From assembly GCA_049512075.1 (NCBI GenBank), contig JBEKXL010000001.1, positions 323,462 to 387,461 on the forward strand: DNA of 64,000 nucleotides. Reading direction: 5' to 3'. This stretch comes from Candidatus Bathyarchaeia archaeon. GTDB taxonomy: Archaea > Thermoproteota > Bathyarchaeia > Bathyarchaeales > Bathycorpusculaceae. Shown here one piece after another: positions 59,907 through 64,000 of the stretch. A model generated the notes under the pieces. It saw only the letters and a list, made by a program, of their open reading frames with translations. It had not been told where the DNA came from and did not search any database. The translations under genes were made by a program, and so were the position numbers. The number at the start of each line of letters is the position of its first letter. Within the stretch, counting starts at the first letter, position 1.

Positions 59907-60692
59907 CTAGATGAAGCTTCTTACTGGTTTAACTTCAATGTCCGCTTGGATAAGCCCTTTTTTCAATGTTTCCACCAATGTTACGGCTGCGGGCGTATCA
60001 CCGTGCACGCAAATCGTGTGCACCTCACCTAAGTTGACAACTTCCCCGTTGGAAGCCAAGACTGTCTTTTCAATAATTGCTCTAACTGCTCTTTCGACAA
60101 CCTTCCTCGGTTCTTTGACGATCGCGTCCGGCTGTCTTCTTGAGACAAGCCTTCCATCAGCGTTGTAGGCCCTGTCGGCGAAAAATTCGTATGCAACACG
60201 TAATCCAGCGTCAACCGCAACTCTGGCCAACACAGACTTGGGAGGCGCAAGAATTATCAATTTGTCGTCAAACGCTCTAACAGCCCCCACAACGCCTTTA
60301 GATGTATCTTCATCTTCTGCAGCCGTATTGTACAGTGCCCCATGAGGCTTCACATGCTGCAGACTGACACCAGCCGCCTTCGCAAAACCTTGAAGCGCAC
60401 CTATCTGATACATTGTGCAATTCATGACTTCTTCAGAACTCAGCTGCATTTCTCGCCTTCCGAAGCCTGAGAGGTCCGGATAGCCCGGATGAGCCCCGAC
60501 GGCAACTCTGTGCTTTTTCGCCAAGTTAACTGTTTGCGCCATTGTCATCGGGTCGCCAGCATGAAATCCACACGCTATATTTGCCGAAGTTATGTGTGGC
60601 ATTATTCCCGCATCGTTTCCAACCCTGAATGCTCCGTAACCCTCGCCTAAATCACAGTTTATGTCAATTTGAAGTTTCAAACAATCTCCCAA
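59907..60692 (-). CDS. pxpA: 5-oxoprolinase subunit A (LamB/YcsF)
   Basis: DINCDLGEG, ANIACGFHAGD, HVKPHGALYN, EFFADRAY, CVHGD. Confidence 0.93.
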   Translation of the reverse strand: MGDCLKLQIDINCDLGEGYGAFRVGNDAGIMPHITSANIACGFHAGDPMTMAQTVNLAKKHRVAVGAHPGYPDLSGFGRREMQLSSEEVMNCTMYQIGALQGFAKAAGVSLQHVKPHGALYNTAAEDEDTSKGVVGAVRAFDDKLIILAPPKSVLARVAVDAGLRVAYEFFADRAYNADGRLVSRRQPDAIVKEPRKVVERAVRAIIEKTVLASNGEVVNLGEVHTICVHGDTPAAVTLVETLKKGLIQADIEVKPVRSFI

Positions 60693-61015
60693 ATAAAAGA
60701 TTGTCTAAGACTAAAAAATGTATTCTCCTGTCTTCTGGGACAATTGACGCGGAAGCATCGACCCCAGCAAGGCTGAAAGATCTCTGACTCTTTGTCTTTG
60801 GCTCCGCCAATGCACATGAAACCTCTTTGCAGAGTCAGTCGTTCAAATCAGGGTTCTGTTAAGTCTCAGGGTGACTCTTCTCCTGTTAACTGTCGGGTGA
60901 TACCACCATGGAATCCATGAGCACGCGCTGACATTTCAGATACTCTTTTATCGTGTGCACGTACAGAGTTACATAGTTATAGCAACAGACACGGGTATTT
61001 GCGGTTGGGTGGATT

Positions 61016-63277
61016 ATGGTTGGCGATTTCTTTCTGGGGTTTACAGGTCATGCACATACAAGGAACGATTTGGAAGCCGATCCGGTCAAGGATGTGCAAC
61101 TGAGAAAAGAGAATAGCATTGAGGAAGTTCAAAGATTGACCGAAGCGGTTCTGGACAAGCTTGGGAAGGACATTTCTGACGCTGGGCGCGGCTTGGAAGA
61201 TGTGAAGTTGCTGGTTCTCTACCTGAGTTATAGGGGCGAAACTGAAGAAAAGGACAGACTCATCAGTGAGAGCGTTTTGAGAGTCATAGAGAAAAGGTTC
61301 AGAGGAAAGACTGTGGCCGAACAGCTTCGCCTGATTGGCCATACGACGGCTGGCGAGATAGAAAATGAGGACCTTGAGTTGAAAGATGTCTCAGGGATTG
61401 GCTACAACGGCCTGTCTCTTCTGGCCCTAGTTACCAATCTCCCTGTTGGAATCGGGCGAACATGGGGGGTCGAAACGGAAAAAGAAGCTGTGGAAAATGG
61501 CAGTGAAATGGCTCATGACGCTTGGGTTGACTTCAGTCAAAGCACAGAGTCGAAAGAGCATCTTCAAAAAAGCAAGACTCTTCTCGTACTGGCAAAGGGA
61601 CCAATGATTGGGAAAATTGGGTATGAGTATTTCCTGACTGAGGGCATTGCAGACTTTGTGAGAAGTGCCCGTGAAGCGCGAATAGCAAATGTGTTAGGAG
61701 GATGTAGCGGTGATGGCATCATCGGTCAGCACATGCATCAGTTTTATGGCAGGATCGGCAGACAATCAGAACTGAAAGTTCTTGATAATGACGCTGTGTG
61801 CGCCTTGATCCCTAGCATTGTTGAGCCCTCATTTGGTCTTGACGTGTCACCGGTCAGAAGGATTGGAGGGTCATATGTCTTTCACTTTGACCCTGATGCA
61901 GAACCGAAGTTCAAGTACCTGAAGCGGATAGGGGATAAGGATCCTCGGGAGGTACATGCCAGAACAATATACGAAAACGAAGCTCAAATATCTCACGAAA
62001 GAGGGTTGCCCGCAATCAGTGAAAAAGAGTTCTTCCAACAGATTTCCGAGATTGATGGAATCCCTTTGAATCTGACTCTGGCTAAGTATGCTTTTGCTTT
62101 TCCTTTTGGAAACTATGCCCCGGCAAGCCTTATACGCGTGCATGGACAGACTGTGGAACTTCTTCAGCCTATTAGAAGCCATGACCCTTCTATACCTGGC
62201 TATGTCGTCGTGGTTGATCATGAGAAGGTCCAAAAGGGGGCACGGAACGTGTTCAACATGCTTAGGGAGAATCGAGGCTTCAGGGAGAGAGACACTACAC
62301 TCATAGTGACTTGTGTTTCTCGGAGACTGGCGGAGATGATTGCTGGATGCAACTCGAATACAGAGTGTCAGATTTTCAAGGAGGCGCTTTCTTCAACGCA
62401 AGTGATGGGGTTTATCGCCTATGGTGAGTTGTCTTTTACGCATCTCTTGCAAGAACCTTTTGTTTACAACTTCAGTTGTTGGGGAATGACACTTCGCTCT
62501 CTGGAGGATGGAAGACAAGGCAAGCGTGGAAAGTCGGCGGGCACAGCGTTGGAAAGAAAGAGACTCGTTCAGGAACAAAAGGATGTCGGTGTTGAAGAGG
62601 GCGTGAAACGTTGCCGCAGCGGATACGCTGATCTTGACAGGTTGTTGTGCGGTGGAATACCTGAAAACTGTGCGGTCGCGTTGACTGCGCCTTCATGCGA
62701 CGAAAGGGAGCTGCTGGTGAAATGTTTTCTTGAGGCTGGAGCGAGAAAAGGAGAACTCACATTCTTTCTCACCGTTGACCCGAGTAATGCAAAATCGTTG
62801 GTAGAGGAGTGTCAATCTAACTTCTACCTCTTCGTGTGTAATCCCCAGGCAGACGCAGTCGTCAAAAGCTCAGCCAACGTGTTCAAGTTGAAGGGAGTGG
62901 AAAACCTCACCGACATCGGCATCGCCTTGACTTCGGCCATCCGCAAACTAGACCCTTCGCAAAAGAGCCCAAGAAGAATCTGCATAGACCTAATCTCAGA
63001 TATTCTGCTACAACACCACGCAGTCCAAACTAGAAGATGGTTGACAGGACTCATTACAGAATTGAAGTCAACTGGATTCACCACTCTGGCGGTAGTGGAT
63101 CCTCAGATGCACCCTTCAGAGGAGCTTCACGCAATTCTAGGGCTGTTCGAAGGCGAGATCAGCGTTTACGAGAAAGAAACTGGAAGAGGTTTGAGAAAAT
63201 GCTTGAAGATCAAGAAAATGAGCAACCACAAATACCTTGAAGAAGAGCTGTTTCTGAGCAAAGTTCGGAAGGTCTGA
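61016..63277 (+). CDS. FIST-like sensor domain + degenerate KaiC/RAD55-like domain
   Basis: LIGHTTAGEI, LGGCSGD, TCVSRR, GFIAYGE (FIST N/C motifs); SGYADLDRLLCGGIP..TAPSCDER. Confidence 0.75.
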   Translation: MVGDFFLGFTGHAHTRNDLEADPVKDVQLRKENSIEEVQRLTEAVLDKLGKDISDAGRGLEDVKLLVLYLSYRGETEEKDRLISESVLRVIEKRFRGKTVAEQLRLIGHTTAGEIENEDLELKDVSGIGYNGLSLLALVTNLPVGIGRTWGVETEKEAVENGSEMAHDAWVDFSQSTESKEHLQKSKTLLVLAKGPMIGKIGYEYFLTEGIADFVRSAREARIANVLGGCSGDGIIGQHMHQFYGRIGRQSELKVLDNDAVCALIPSIVEPSFGLDVSPVRRIGGSYVFHFDPDAEPKFKYLKRIGDKDPREVHARTIYENEAQISHERGLPAISEKEFFQQISEIDGIPLNLTLAKYAFAFPFGNYAPASLIRVHGQTVELLQPIRSHDPSIPGYVVVVDHEKVQKGARNVFNMLRENRGFRERDTTLIVTCVSRRLAEMIAGCNSNTECQIFKEALSSTQVMGFIAYGELSFTHLLQEPFVYNFSCWGMTLRSLEDGRQGKRGKSAGTALERKRLVQEQKDVGVEEGVKRCRSGYADLDRLLCGGIPENCAVALTAPSCDERELLVKCFLEAGARKGELTFFLTVDPSNAKSLVEECQSNFYLFVCNPQADAVVKSSANVFKLKGVENLTDIGIALTSAIRKLDPSQKSPRRICIDLISDILLQHHAVQTRRWLTGLITELKSTGFTTLAVVDPQMHPSEELHAILGLFEGEISVYEKETGRGLRKCLKIKKMSNHKYLEEELFLSKVRKV

Positions 63278-63387
63278 ATCAGTCAAGCAATCTTCTTTAT
63301 TATGGCTAGTGCGCGCGACTAATCTAGCATGTTTACCTTTTGAAAAAGCTTATCTCAAAGCTTCATACAAATGGATGTCAATTGAAG

Positions 63388-63846
63388 ATGCGGATAATGC
63401 CCGAGACAGGCGTGATTTTAGAGATTGATCATCCACATTTCGTCATCAGGCTTGATGAAGATTTGCTAAAAATAGATGTGAAGGGAAGCTTCAAAGACGA
63501 AGTTGAGGAAGCACTTGAAAACACCCCGATTCTCAAAGAAACAATAGGCGGCATCTTTGGCTTGTTTGCCCCGCTGCACGTTCGCCTAAGCGACATGGAC
63601 TCGGCGCGAATAGAAGAGACAGGAAAAGTGAAAATAGTCCTTCCGCGCCGCAGAGATATAACCATTTCAATCGAAGCGAAAGAGGCAAAAAGGCTTGTAG
63701 ACAAGCTGAATGAGTTGATACCAGCAGCAAAGCAAAGAGAATTAGAGCGTATCGTTACAGAGAACAAGCTCCAGAAAGTTGCAAAAGAGGAAATCGAAGG
63801 GCTAAAACAATGGCAATGCTCGCGAGCGCGAAACTCCCAGGGTTGA
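63388..63846 (+). CDS. Hypothetical protein
   Basis: Protein-like ORF; 3' end runs into ctcgcgagcgcg and may be truncated. Confidence 0.55.
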   Translation: MRIMPETGVILEIDHPHFVIRLDEDLLKIDVKGSFKDEVEEALENTPILKETIGGIFGLFAPLHVRLSDMDSARIEETGKVKIVLPRRRDITISIEAKEAKRLVDKLNELIPAAKQRELERIVTENKLQKVAKEEIEGLKQWQCSRARNSQG

Positions 63847-64000
63847 TGGAAGAAGAGAAAGAAGCAGAAAAGGAAGTAGTTTCCCCCGGAGCAAGCTCCG
63901 GGGCTCTATGGTGTTGCTTCTTGTTGTTCTTCTCGTATGTATTTTCTGACGGCGTCGAGGTTTAGTCCGCCTACCGTGTTAACGCAGTATCCGCCTGCCC

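Overview
Archaeal chromosomal window, probably Bathyarchaeia. This is inferred from the gene set (fae-hps, AcnX DUF126/DUF521, UPF0147/UPF0148) and the TTG/GTG starts. Bases 1-10 kb and much of 47.8-64 kb are housekeeping or metabolic genes (ppa, tmk, HD dNTPase, AcnX, M32 carboxypeptidase, HTH-fused Fae-Hps, pxpABC). The ~10-47 kb region is a mosaic accessory island next to tRNA-Glu(UUC), with several att-like tRNA fragments. Its core is an intact solo Cas1 with no cas2, CRISPR array or PolB. It lies next to a small replication-type module (RHH, MCM-like AAA+ ATPase, decayed AEP primase-like gene), and broken second copies of both cas1 and the ATPase occur nearby. Two non-coding motifs structure the region. 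The first is about 40 copies of a TAGCGCGCGCTA-type palindrome that sit at gene ends and at the breakpoints of truncated genes, like cassette junctions. The second is six copies of a near-palindromic GGGTAAAGTTTTATCC core, mostly at G/T-to-C/A composition switches. The window also encodes three sensor proteins (two STAND-TPR, one FIST) that share a Walker-A-dead KaiC-like C-terminal domain. All calls are by eye; no database searches were run.
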